Below the pieces are notes generated by a model. That model was not told the origin of the DNA. It worked only from the letters and a program-made list of their open reading frames with translations, and made no database searches. Of a DNA stretch of 64,000 nucleotides, positions 11,299 to 19,684 are shown piece by piece. Source of the DNA: an uncultured Armatimonadetes bacterium (lineage in GTDB: Bacteria > Armatimonadota > UBA5829 > DTJY01). The position numbers and the translations under genes were made by a program. Within the stretch, counting starts at the first letter, position 1. Every line of letters begins with the position of its first letter. Location: positions 4,736,001-4,800,000 of the forward strand of contig OY970325.1 in the NCBI GenBank assembly GCA_963717145.1, in the 5' to 3' direction.

Positions 11299-11900
11299 AT
11301 CGTCTTCCCCCCGGGCTCGATCATGCAGAGCGTCAACGTGAGCTTTGCATCGAGCAGAGCGCGGTGAGTCTTACAGTCGACCGACCGTCGGGACAGCTCG
11401 ATTTGGGTCACTTTCATCACCTTGGGCAGCTTCGAGAGCCCGGCGATGAAATCGTTCACCCCACGGTAATCCGTGAGCATCTCGATGGTGACCTCGATCG
11501 GTTTGTACTTGATCGCCTCCTTGTTCGGCGCGTTCGGATCGGTGATGACCTCGATCGGCTTCGGTTTGATCGTGTTCAGCTTGCACCCCGTTCGGACGGA
11601 CAGGTCGGTGATCTGTCGAATGAAGGTGGACATGAACTTGCCGCCGTCGAGTGGGACCTCCACTGGCATCACGGCCTCGCTCAGGCCTGTGGTTGACGCC
11701 ATCTCGGCAGTCAGGCCCTCGATCGTCTTCGTCTGCTGGGCCATCGCGATCTGCGTGCTTCTGACGCCGGTCACATTCACATAGAACCGGTAGCCGTGAT
11801 AGCAGACGGCGAGCGCCATGGCGAGAATCATCGCCAGTCTCATCCCGCTGAGCACGGATATGTACTGTTTTCCGAAGGAGCACTTGGGAAATCGTCTCAT
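11295..11900 (-). CDS. pilO: Type IV pilus assembly protein PilO-like
   Basis: TM, coiled coil and ferredoxin-like fold (PIEV...DY..VNDFI..LSKLPKVMKV); synteny. Confidence 0.7.
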   Translation of the reverse strand: MRRFPKCSFGKQYISVLSGMRLAMILAMALAVCYHGYRFYVNVTGVRSTQIAMAQQTKTIEGLTAEMASTTGLSEAVMPVEVPLDGGKFMSTFIRQITDLSVRTGCKLNTIKPKPIEVITDPNAPNKEAIKYKPIEVTIEMLTDYRGVNDFIAGLSKLPKVMKVTQIELSRRSVDCKTHRALLDAKLTLTLCMIEPGGKTI

Positions 11901-11918
11901 TCTTCACCTATCCGCCGA

Positions 11919-11986
11919 TGTCATTCTGAGCGCAGCGAAGAATCTGTTTCCCGAGGGCCAGATTCTTCGCTTCGCTCAGAATGACA
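11919..11986. repeat. Inverted repeat GTCATTCTGAGCG.AGCGAAGAATCT ... AGATTCTTCGCTTCGCTCAGAATGAC
   Basis: Arms 11919-11946 and 11959-11986, one mismatch, between pilN and pilO. Confidence 0.9.
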
Positions 11987-11993
11987 GTGATCG

Positions 11994-12560
11994 TTACTTC
12001 TTCTTCGATTTTGCGATCAACGCATAGCAGCGAAAACCGACCGTGGGCAGGCCGTTGATCTCGCCGGCCTGCGTGGATTCGAGCTGTACTGAGCCGAACC
12101 GGGATGATCTCGACAGGTTGCTGATGAGCAGCGCCACCTGTTCCAGGGACATCGCCGTGCCCGAGATCTTCAGACACTCTCCCTTGGGAGTCTTCTCAGT
12201 GACCACCTGGTTCAGAAAGACGCCGTCCGGTGTGCTCCTGCCAAGCGCGAATAACGTGCCACGCCATTGCCTGTTCACCTCTCGAATCTCGACCGCCCAT
12301 TTGAACTCCCCGTATTCTTGAGTCTGGCGGTCCTTCGTCGCCTGCAGGTACTTCTCGCGCTGGTCTAGCACTCGCTTCTGGGCGGTCACTGCCTGAAGTC
12401 GCCCGGCAGCTCTGGCACTCGCCACGTGGAACACTGAAGTCAGAATGCAAGTCAGCAGCACACACGCCAGGCATGTGGCTATGATGCGCATCGCCTGGTC
12501 TCTCAGCGATATGCGCTCGGCCAGCTTATCCTCTATGAGGTTGACGGGTCGCATTGCCAT
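11994..12560 (-). CDS. pilN: Type IV pilus assembly protein PilN-like
   Basis: VNL motif, TM, P.GVFL, ISGTA.S..QVA..ISNL..S.RF..V.L PilN domain. Confidence 0.8.
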   Translation of the reverse strand: MAMRPVNLIEDKLAERISLRDQAMRIIATCLACVLLTCILTSVFHVASARAAGRLQAVTAQKRVLDQREKYLQATKDRQTQEYGEFKWAVEIREVNRQWRGTLFALGRSTPDGVFLNQVVTEKTPKGECLKISGTAMSLEQVALLISNLSRSSRFGSVQLESTQAGEINGLPTVGFRCYALIAKSKKK

Positions 12561-12571
12561 TGGTTAGTGCC

Positions 12572-13696
12572 TCAGGATGCCACGTGAGCGGCGATCAGCC
12601 CCGCGCTGACTATGAATGACATACGCTTTCCATTCAGTCTGTCCAACGCACCGCCGACGTTGCTGAGCGGGAGCGTTGACAGCGGATCGGCGATCTCGAT
12701 AGGTATGTCGAGTTCGCTGGACAGATGCCTGCTGAGCCCGGGAAGGGACGCAAGTCCTCCGCCCACGGACAGCTTCGACACTATCCCTTCGTAGCTGCCC
12801 TCTGGGAAAAGCGATTGATAGTAACTGCACGATCGCCGGATCTCCTGGTCGAGTCGCGCGATTTCGCCGCGCAGGCCCTCCAGCAAGTCCGGCTGTCCCT
12901 GTGATAACATCAGAGCGCCTTCGTCGTCGAAACTCATCAGCGCCAGGAGTTCGTGTTCGTCCATCCGACTGCTGTCCGCGCCGATGTTCTCGGCAATGAG
13001 ACGAGCAAGATTGCCTCCCCCGATCGGAATGCGGCGAGAGAACTCCAGTTCGCCGTCTTTCGTGACATAGAAATCGGTTCCAGCCGAGCCGAGCACCAGG
13101 ACCGCCTGCGGCTGAGTCCCCCATGACAACTCGCTCTTCGGCGCGGATTGTGCGATGGCTCGCACGGCTGCAAGCGGCTCGATGTCCATGCCGGCGGGAT
13201 CGAGTCCTGCCATCTCCGCGGCCTCGAAGCGACTGTCCACAATAGTGCGGGGGACGGCGATCAGCAGCACGCGCATCTTGTCGTCGGCTTGTCTGGCTCG
13301 TCGGCTGAGAATTCGGCAGTCGATCACCGCATGGTCCGCCGAGAACGGCAGATGCTTTCGAGCCTCGAACCGGATCGCCTCCTTGAGGTCCGACTCGGAC
13401 ATCAACGGCATCTCGATCCACTTGAGCGCGAGACTCGGGCCGCCGACCGCAAGGAGCACCCGTCCGCTGCCCACGCTATTGCGGTCGAGTGCCGTGCGAA
13501 GCGCATCCGCGACGGCGTGCTTGTTTTTCACCATGCCGTTCTCGATGGCGCCCTTAGGCGTCGGCCACGAATCTGCGTTGCGCAATATCGGAAGACCGCC
13601 GGTCTGCTCGATCTGCAGCACCTTCAGCGTGCTCGATCCGATGTCCAGTGCCAGTACGGATTTCGGGCCTAGAAACTTGGTAAACAACCCATTCAA
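12572..13696 (-). CDS. pilM: Type IV pilus assembly protein PilM
   Basis: Actin-like fold: LALDIGSSTLK, FEARKHLPF, AGL...MDIEPLA, RRIPIGG, GGLASLPGL. Confidence 0.9.
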   Translation of the reverse strand: MNGLFTKFLGPKSVLALDIGSSTLKVLQIEQTGGLPILRNADSWPTPKGAIENGMVKNKHAVADALRTALDRNSVGSGRVLLAVGGPSLALKWIEMPLMSESDLKEAIRFEARKHLPFSADHAVIDCRILSRRARQADDKMRVLLIAVPRTIVDSRFEAAEMAGLDPAGMDIEPLAAVRAIAQSAPKSELSWGTQPQAVLVLGSAGTDFYVTKDGELEFSRRIPIGGGNLARLIAENIGADSSRMDEHELLALMSFDDEGALMLSQGQPDLLEGLRGEIARLDQEIRRSCSYYQSLFPEGSYEGIVSKLSVGGGLASLPGLSRHLSSELDIPIEIADPLSTLPLSNVGGALDRLNGKRMSFIVSAGLIAAHVAS

Positions 13697-13852
13697 GTGC
13701 GAATACTCCGGGCGGAAGTCTCCGTTGACGTGCTGAGACCGCTGTCGCCGCCATTATCAATTATGGTAGAAATACCTGCCCGGCTTTAGCCGAGCGGATC
13801 GGGTATAATAGGGAGAGTCGGGGCTGAGCGCTCTGACAGGGGGTTTCCGGGG

Positions 13853-14806
13853 TTGAGTTGGCTGGATATCGCCATACCGATCGTGATAGTCCTGTTCGCG
13901 TATCTTGGGACGAGGAACGGCTTCCTTGTGGGCCTGCTGGAGCTTGTCGGACTTGCTGCCTCGATTGCTATCCCACTGTTCACCTATGTACCTGTGAGCA
14001 AGCTTGCGGTCGGTCTGGGCGTGCCCAGGGGCTATGCCGGCGCCGTCACCTATTTCGCGATCTGGCTGATCATCTCGAACGCATACTTCATCCTGGCACG
14101 CCGGTTCTATCGCCGCCTGCCCCGGGGGGTACGTCAGTCGCGCATCAATCGTGCCCTCGGCGTGATTCCCGGCATCGCTCGCGGATTGGTCATCATCACG
14201 CTGCTCCTCGCCGTCGCCTCCACTCTGGTGGTCCCGTTTCTCAGCGACCGGGCCATAGATGACTCGGTGATTGCCCGCCCGCTACTCAGATCAAGTGTTA
14301 TTGTCTCCAAATACGCCATCGATGTCTTCGGTGAGGCGATTCAGTCCGCGTTCGGGTTCTTGACCGTACATCCGGGGTCAGGTGAGATAGTCAAGCTTCC
14401 CTATACGGTCGCGTCCCCCGAGATCGATCCCAGGGCCGAGGTCGAGATGCTTCGTCTGGTCAATAAGGAGCGCGTCAGCAGGGGGTTGGTGCCGCTGAAG
14501 ATGGACACCACGATCCGAGCGGTGGCCCGGAAGCATTCGAGCGATATGTTCAGGCGAGGGTATTTCGCGCACACGACACCGGATGGAGTCGATCCATTCC
14601 AACGCATGAAGCGGGGCAGGGTGCGTTATGCCGAAGCAGGGGAGAACCTCGCGCTCGCACGCAACGTCAAGATCGCCCACGCGGGCCTGATGAAGAGTCC
14701 GGGCCACAGGGAGAACATACTGCACAGGGGGTACCGCAGGATCGGCATTGGAGCGGCCTCCAACCGCCGATACGGAACCATGTTCACCCAGAACTTCGCG
14801 AACTAG
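13853..14806 (+). CDS. CvpA family membrane domain fused to a CAP/SCP domain
   Basis: N-terminal CvpA-like TMs; C-terminal LVNKER..GL..L, ARKHS.DM..RGYFAH, GENLA, LMKSPGHRENIL, FTQNF. Confidence 0.85.
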   Translation: MSWLDIAIPIVIVLFAYLGTRNGFLVGLLELVGLAASIAIPLFTYVPVSKLAVGLGVPRGYAGAVTYFAIWLIISNAYFILARRFYRRLPRGVRQSRINRALGVIPGIARGLVIITLLLAVASTLVVPFLSDRAIDDSVIARPLLRSSVIVSKYAIDVFGEAIQSAFGFLTVHPGSGEIVKLPYTVASPEIDPRAEVEMLRLVNKERVSRGLVPLKMDTTIRAVARKHSSDMFRRGYFAHTTPDGVDPFQRMKRGRVRYAEAGENLALARNVKIAHAGLMKSPGHRENILHRGYRRIGIGAASNRRYGTMFTQNFAN

Positions 14807-14817
14807 CCGCTACGAAG

Positions 14818-16125
14818 TCAGAATGTCACCACACCGAGCGCTCGTTGAAGCCGAGCATAGGCGACGCTGTACTTGAACCGCGACTTATCCAGGTTCGTGC
14901 GAGCCGCCGCCAAGGATGCGAGGGCGTCCGCCACCTCGACCGCCGTGCCGACACCGGCCTCGTACCTGACACCTGAGATGTCGTATGCCTCTTGAGCCTG
15001 GGTCAAGCGCGTCTCAGCAGTGCTGATCGTCAACCGGGCGGTCCGGAGGTCGAGGTACTGCTGCCTGACATCCTGCTCGACTTCGAGGAGACTCTCCTCC
15101 AGGTTCGAGTGCGCCTCGTCACGTGCCGACTTGGCCTTCGAGACGTTGGAGCTGATCCTGCCGCCATCGTAGATCGGCAGGCTCGCGGTTGCGCCGAATG
15201 TCATGCCGGACGACAACACGGGCGATTCCCTGCTGACCTGCTGATAGCTCGCGGTAACGGCGATCCTCGGCCGGCGCTCCGACCTCGCGGCCTCGATCGC
15301 GGCCTCATTGGCTGACAACTGCGCTCGTGCCGCCAGGACCTCCCCTCGCCGATCGAGAGCCTTCTTGACGAGCGCGTCGACGTCCTCCGCGGGGAACGTC
15401 ACCATCGGCGGTTGGACCAGCTGCTGGTCCTGTGCGATCGGCGATGCGATCAGCCGATTGAGATTGAACACCGCCGAACGGGCCTGGCTGCGGGCCTCCT
15501 CGAGGCTTTGCTCGGCCTCGGATACCGTCGTCTGTGCGCGGAGGACGTCGAACCTGGCCGCCGTGCCAACCTCGAACTTGTCCTGTGCGACCTTCAGATG
15601 CTGCCGGGCCGCTGCCAGGTTCAGCTCCTGAGAGACGATCAGGCTCTGGGCAAGCAGCGCGCTGTAGTACGACTCCCGAGTCTGCAGCGCCGTTTGAGCC
15701 TCCGTGGCTGCCAGGCTCTCGAGTGCGACGTCATAGAGAGCGTTCGCCTGCGACGTTCGGTATGCGAACAGACCGCCCGCATAGACCGCCTGGCGCACCT
15801 CGATCGTAGCAGTCGTGTTTTCGGCCGAATAGACGGTGACGGTCTGTGGGGGCACCCCGGGAGCGATAGATGGAATGTCGAATGCCCCGCCTGCCGGATT
15901 GCGCTCATACTCGGCACGCAGCTCGATCGACGGCAGGCGTCCCAAGCGCACGATCCCGATCTGCGCCCGGGCCTGATCGACTCGCTCATGGGCGGCTTGC
16001 ACTGACAGGTTCCGGGCGATGGACTTCTTCACCGCGTCATCGATGGTCAGAGGCTCCTGCGCCATCGATGGCATCAGGAGTATGCATACAAGCCCGAGCG
16101 ATATGCTGATCTTCCGACATGTCAT
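14818..16125 (-). CDS. TolC family outer-membrane efflux protein
   Basis: Signal peptide, two OEP repeats (KFEVGTAARFDVLRA; RYEAGVGTAVEV). Confidence 0.9.
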   Translation of the reverse strand: MTCRKISISLGLVCILLMPSMAQEPLTIDDAVKKSIARNLSVQAAHERVDQARAQIGIVRLGRLPSIELRAEYERNPAGGAFDIPSIAPGVPPQTVTVYSAENTTATIEVRQAVYAGGLFAYRTSQANALYDVALESLAATEAQTALQTRESYYSALLAQSLIVSQELNLAAARQHLKVAQDKFEVGTAARFDVLRAQTTVSEAEQSLEEARSQARSAVFNLNRLIASPIAQDQQLVQPPMVTFPAEDVDALVKKALDRRGEVLAARAQLSANEAAIEAARSERRPRIAVTASYQQVSRESPVLSSGMTFGATASLPIYDGGRISSNVSKAKSARDEAHSNLEESLLEVEQDVRQQYLDLRTARLTISTAETRLTQAQEAYDISGVRYEAGVGTAVEVADALASLAAARTNLDKSRFKYSVAYARLQRALGVVTF

Positions 16126-16146
16126 GTGAATCACCGTCTTGACCGG

Positions 16147-16226
16147 CTATCGTTGGGGATGGAGTTGGACTCCATCCCCCTGGCTTAGTTACCGGGGATG
16201 GAGTCCAACTCCATCCCCAACGATAG
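16147..16226. repeat. Perfect 33-bp inverted repeat of a self-palindromic unit (GTTGGGGATGGAGTTGGACTCCATCCCC)
   Basis: Arms 16147-16179 and 16194-16226 are exact reverse complements. Confidence 0.9.
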
Positions 16227-16250
16227 TTGCGAATCATCATGCAGGACGAA

Positions 16251-17198
16251 CTACCGGGCCGGCTGTTCCGAGTATATGACCTCAGCCACCGTTTCGCCCA
16301 CAATCCGCAGGGATTCCGGGCTGCACTTGTCCACCGTATCCTCGAGCGTATGCCAGTAGGCATAGTCGAAGTCGATGATGTCGATACACGGGATGCCGCG
16401 CTCGATCAGCGGCAGATGGTCGTCCGCGATCGCGTATTTCGGCTTGTCGATGAACTGCTTCTCATAGCCCAACCTGGCCGCGGTCTTCCACACCTTGGTC
16501 ACGATCTCCGGGGCGGACCCATTCGAGTTGCGCTCGCGGTAGATCTGCAGGTCCTTGTCGCCGACCATGTCGAGGAGGATGCCGTACCTGATCCTCTCGG
16601 GCTTATCCAGCTTCGACGCGAAGTACCGCGCGCCGAGGAGCATATCTTTGCCGGTGGGACCGAGATCCTCGCCGTCGAAAAGCATAATAGTGACCGGAAC
16701 CTTGGCGCACTGCTGCTTGAACATCCGCGCGAGTTCGAGAAGGACCGCCACGCCGGATGCGCCGTCATTCGCGCCGATGATCGGTTTCCTCTGATCGGCG
16801 GGATCGAGTTCCTGATCGGCTGTCGGGCGCGTATCCCAGTGGGCGCACAGGAGGATTTCCTTGCCCTCGGTCGGCCCGAACGAGGCGATCACATTCCACA
16901 TCTGGAACTTCTCGTTCCCGCGCTTGTGCTCGAAGCTCTGGACGGCCACGCGGTTGGAACACGCCTTCATGTCTGCGACCAGGCAATCCTTGAGCTTCCT
17001 GTGAGCTTCCGAGCCGGGCGGTCGCGGGCCGAAGTCGCACTGCTTCTTCAGGGCGGCGAAGGACTTCTCGGCGTCGAACTTCGGACGGCTGGTCCCGGCC
17101 GCGCACCCGGTCAAGAGGAGAGTGGTGAGGGCAAAGAGCAGTACCAGTGCCGCGCGCACGCGGATGGTCTGGAGCCGGAAATGAATATGCAAAGCCAT
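16251..17198 (-). CDS. M28 family peptidase / glutaminyl cyclase-like lipoprotein
   Basis: Lipobox LTGC; AHWDTRP, GANDGASG, DGED, LLDMVG, DDH.P, WHT..DT. Start uncertain. Confidence 0.88.
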   Translation of the reverse strand: MALHIHFRLQTIRVRAALVLLFALTTLLLTGCAAGTSRPKFDAEKSFAALKKQCDFGPRPPGSEAHRKLKDCLVADMKACSNRVAVQSFEHKRGNEKFQMWNVIASFGPTEGKEILLCAHWDTRPTADQELDPADQRKPIIGANDGASGVAVLLELARMFKQQCAKVPVTIMLFDGEDLGPTGKDMLLGARYFASKLDKPERIRYGILLDMVGDKDLQIYRERNSNGSAPEIVTKVWKTAARLGYEKQFIDKPKYAIADDHLPLIERGIPCIDIIDFDYAYWHTLEDTVDKCSPESLRIVGETVAEVIYSEQPAR

Positions 17199-17252
17199 TG
17201 ACTGCCCTTTCGATGTTGCGCACAGCAAACCGTTCGTCACCGGTATAAAAGC

Positions 17253-17642
17253 CTACATTCGGCACTGGACACGGACTGCCGCTACGCCATAGGAAGCGGC
17301 CACCCCGCCGACCAATGCGAATGCCCACACCATAATAAGCTTCGATGAAACGTATGGCTCGGTTGCGAACCGGAAGGCGACGTAGCTCATCACGGCCATT
17401 GGCAGCACGTATGCAACTCTGCCGGGGAGCGACCTGCTGCGCCGGATCCCCGCGAGTATAAGCGGCGCCCACCACAGCATTGTAACCACCAGTGGTCCGT
17501 GAAGTGAGCGCTCCGGAGGAGTGCCGACCCTCACGATCACGGAAGCCGCGAAGAAGAGCAGTATCCCGACAGTTGCGCTTATACATCCAAGAGCCAGTGC
17601 TCGGTTGTCCTTTGGAGTAGGGTTTTCGACAGGGTCGTTCAT
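17253..17642 (-). CDS. Hypothetical membrane protein (about 4 TM)
   Basis: Four hydrophobic segments; fills the gap between prfB and the peptidase; no recognisable family. Confidence 0.55.
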   Translation of the reverse strand: MNDPVENPTPKDNRALALGCISATVGILLFFAASVIVRVGTPPERSLHGPLVVTMLWWAPLILAGIRRSRSLPGRVAYVLPMAVMSYVAFRFATEPYVSSKLIMVWAFALVGGVAASYGVAAVRVQCRM

Positions 17643-17722
17643 CTGGATGCCGCATCTCCCGGGCTGAACTACTTGCCGTTCGCTACAATGCAACGTCTCA
17701 TATCACTATACTCCAGATCGAG

Positions 17723-18836
17723 CTATTCGGTTTCAGTCGACAGCCGCCACCGCAGATACGCATCGATGAACATGTCGAGGTCTCCGTCCATGACCGCGAT
17801 GATGTTGCCCGTTTCGGTATCCGTCCGCAGGTCTTTGACCAACTGATACGGTTGGAAGACGTATGAGCGAATCTGACTTCCCCATTCGATCGCCCGCTTT
17901 TCGCCTCTCAACTCCGCGAGCCTGGCCTCGCTCTCACGCCGCTCCAATTCGAGGAGTCGCGCCTTCAGGACCTTCATCGCCACTTCGCGATTCTGGTGCT
18001 GAGAGCGTTCGTTCTGGCAGCTCACGATGATCCCGCTCGGGATGTGCGTGATACGGACCGCCGAGTCCGTCTTGTTGACGTGCTGGCCGCCCGCGCTGCT
18101 CGCACGGTAGGTGTCGATCCTCAGGTCGTCCGAGTTGATCTCGATGTCTTCGGTCTCGGCGATCTCCGGCACGATGTCCACCGACGCAAACGACGTGTGC
18201 CGCCGTTTGTTCGAGTCGAACGGCGAGATGCGCACCAGCCGGTGGACGCCCCGCTCCGACTTGAGGTAGCCGTATGCATTCAACCCGCGCACGGTGAACG
18301 TGACGCTCTTCAGGCCGGCGACGTCGCCTTCCACGGAGTCGATGACCTCGGTCGTGTAGCCCCGACGCTCTCCCCAGCGCAGGTACATGCGGAGGAGCAT
18401 CTCGACCCAGTCGCACGACTCGGTGCCGCCCGCGCCGGAGTTGATCTCGACGATCGCATCCGACGAATCGTGCACCTCGTTCAGCATGGTGGACAGCTCG
18501 AGGTCGTCCATCCGACGCCTGGCAACGTCGAGGTCGTTTCGGATCTCGACCTCGTATTCGCCACCATCCTCTTCGTCGGCCGCCAACTCGACGTATGCGT
18601 CGAGGTCGCCGATCTTCTTCTCGAGGTCGATCCACGGATCGACCGATTGCCGCAGTTGTGTGAGCTGTCGGAGCACGCCCTGCGCCTTCTCCTGGTCGTC
18701 CCAGAAGCCCGGCTGAGCGGTCTGCGCCTCGAGCTTGGTTATCTCATCCTGCCTCTGGGCGAGGTCAAAGATGCCTCCTAAGCTCTTCTGACTTCTCCTT
18801 CAGAGCATCCAGTTCTTTTTTCAGATCTGCTAGCAA
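17723..18836 (-). CDS. prfB: Peptide chain release factor 2 (programmed +1 frameshift)
   Basis: TTG start 18836 after AAGGAG, 23 codons to CTT-TGA-C, then +1 frame DLAQRQ...PGFWDD. SPF and GGQ motifs. About 370 aa total. Confidence 0.97.
18764..18779 (-). promoter_or_regulatory. RF2 autoregulatory +1 frameshift site
   Basis: Minus strand AGGAGG-CAT-CTT-TGA-C: internal SD, slippery CTT and in-frame UGA. Confidence 0.95.
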
Positions 18837-18848
18837 ATCGGTTACTCC

Positions 18849-19067
18849 TTAGCTTCTCCACTCGGAGTCTGGGATCTCCGCATTGGAGAGGATTGCGTGT
18901 AGTGTACCAGCAGGCAAGACGCGTCCCGCATGCTCGGGGACAGTTACCTGCAGATGCCGCGCGGGATGCCGCCACTTGCGATGGCTGCCCTTCTGCGACA
19001 CAAGCCGGAAGTCGTGACGGCGAAGGATAGCCTCGACCTCACGGCTTGTCATGTGCCGGATACCCAT
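18849..19067 (-). CDS. hicA: HicA family toxin
   Basis: QKGSHRKW, VTVPEH, GTLHAIL..A.I dsRBD-like HicA signature. Confidence 0.9.
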   Translation of the reverse strand: MGIRHMTSREVEAILRRHDFRLVSQKGSHRKWRHPARHLQVTVPEHAGRVLPAGTLHAILSNAEIPDSEWRS

Positions 19068-19267
19068 CAGGCGGCGACCTCTCGAATGATCGAGCCAGGT
19101 TCCAGGTCGATCGGATCGGGCTGCAGGTACAGAGCGATGGCCTCCCGGATGTTGTCCATCGCTTCTTCCTCAGTCCGTCCGGCGGACGCACACCCCGGCA
19201 ACTCCGGGACCCAGATCGCCCAGTCGCCGGTCTCGGAATCTTGCTCCAGTACAACTCTCCAAGTCAT
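19067..19267 (-). CDS. hicB: HicB family antitoxin (short)
   Basis: VPELPGCASAGRTEEEAMDNIREAIALYL. Confidence 0.9.
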   Translation of the reverse strand: MTWRVVLEQDSETGDWAIWVPELPGCASAGRTEEEAMDNIREAIALYLQPDPIDLEPGSIIREVAA

Positions 19268-19479
19268 TGTTGCACCTCTTTCCTACTCAGACGGAGGTCT
19301 ATCTCAAAAGGTTCAGCGGTTTCCAGGAACAGCTCAACTGCTTCGTTAAGGTTGCCCTGAGCTTCTTCAGGGGTGCTCCCTTGACTGGCGATATCGAACT
19401 CAGGGCAGAGCGCGACGTACGTATCGCCTTCGCGCTCAATCACCACTGCCAGTTGTCTGTTGCGCACCTCATAGCTCAC
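19264..19479 (-). CDS. hicB: Second HicB family antitoxin (no adjacent cognate HicA)
   Basis: YVALCPEFDIASQGSTPEEAQGNLNEAVELFLE; GTG start in a GTGA overlap. Confidence 0.85.
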   Translation of the reverse strand: MSYEVRNRQLAVVIEREGDTYVALCPEFDIASQGSTPEEAQGNLNEAVELFLETAEPFEIDLRLSRKEVQQ

Positions 19480-19682
19480 AGTCGGCCCGCCTGCTTCAGC
19501 TCGGACTGAACCTCCTCATAGGGCTTCGACCCAGTCGAGGTTCGTCTGGCCTCATCGAGTTCGAGCGCATCCTCCAAGTCCTCCAGGCGTTCCATGAGCC
19601 GGCGGTACTCGCGCACAGGGAGTACCACAGCGGTCTTCCGTCCTCGCTCATCGATCAAGTACTTCTCGCGCACCTTGAGCAT
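19476..19682 (-). CDS. Phd/RelB-like orphan antitoxin
   Basis: YLIDERGRKTAVVLP..EY..LMERLEDLED pattern common to antitoxins that precede RelE/ParE toxins. Confidence 0.7.
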   Translation of the reverse strand: MLKVREKYLIDERGRKTAVVLPVREYRRLMERLEDLEDALELDEARRTSTGSKPYEEVQSELKQAGRL

Positions 19683-19684
19683 TC

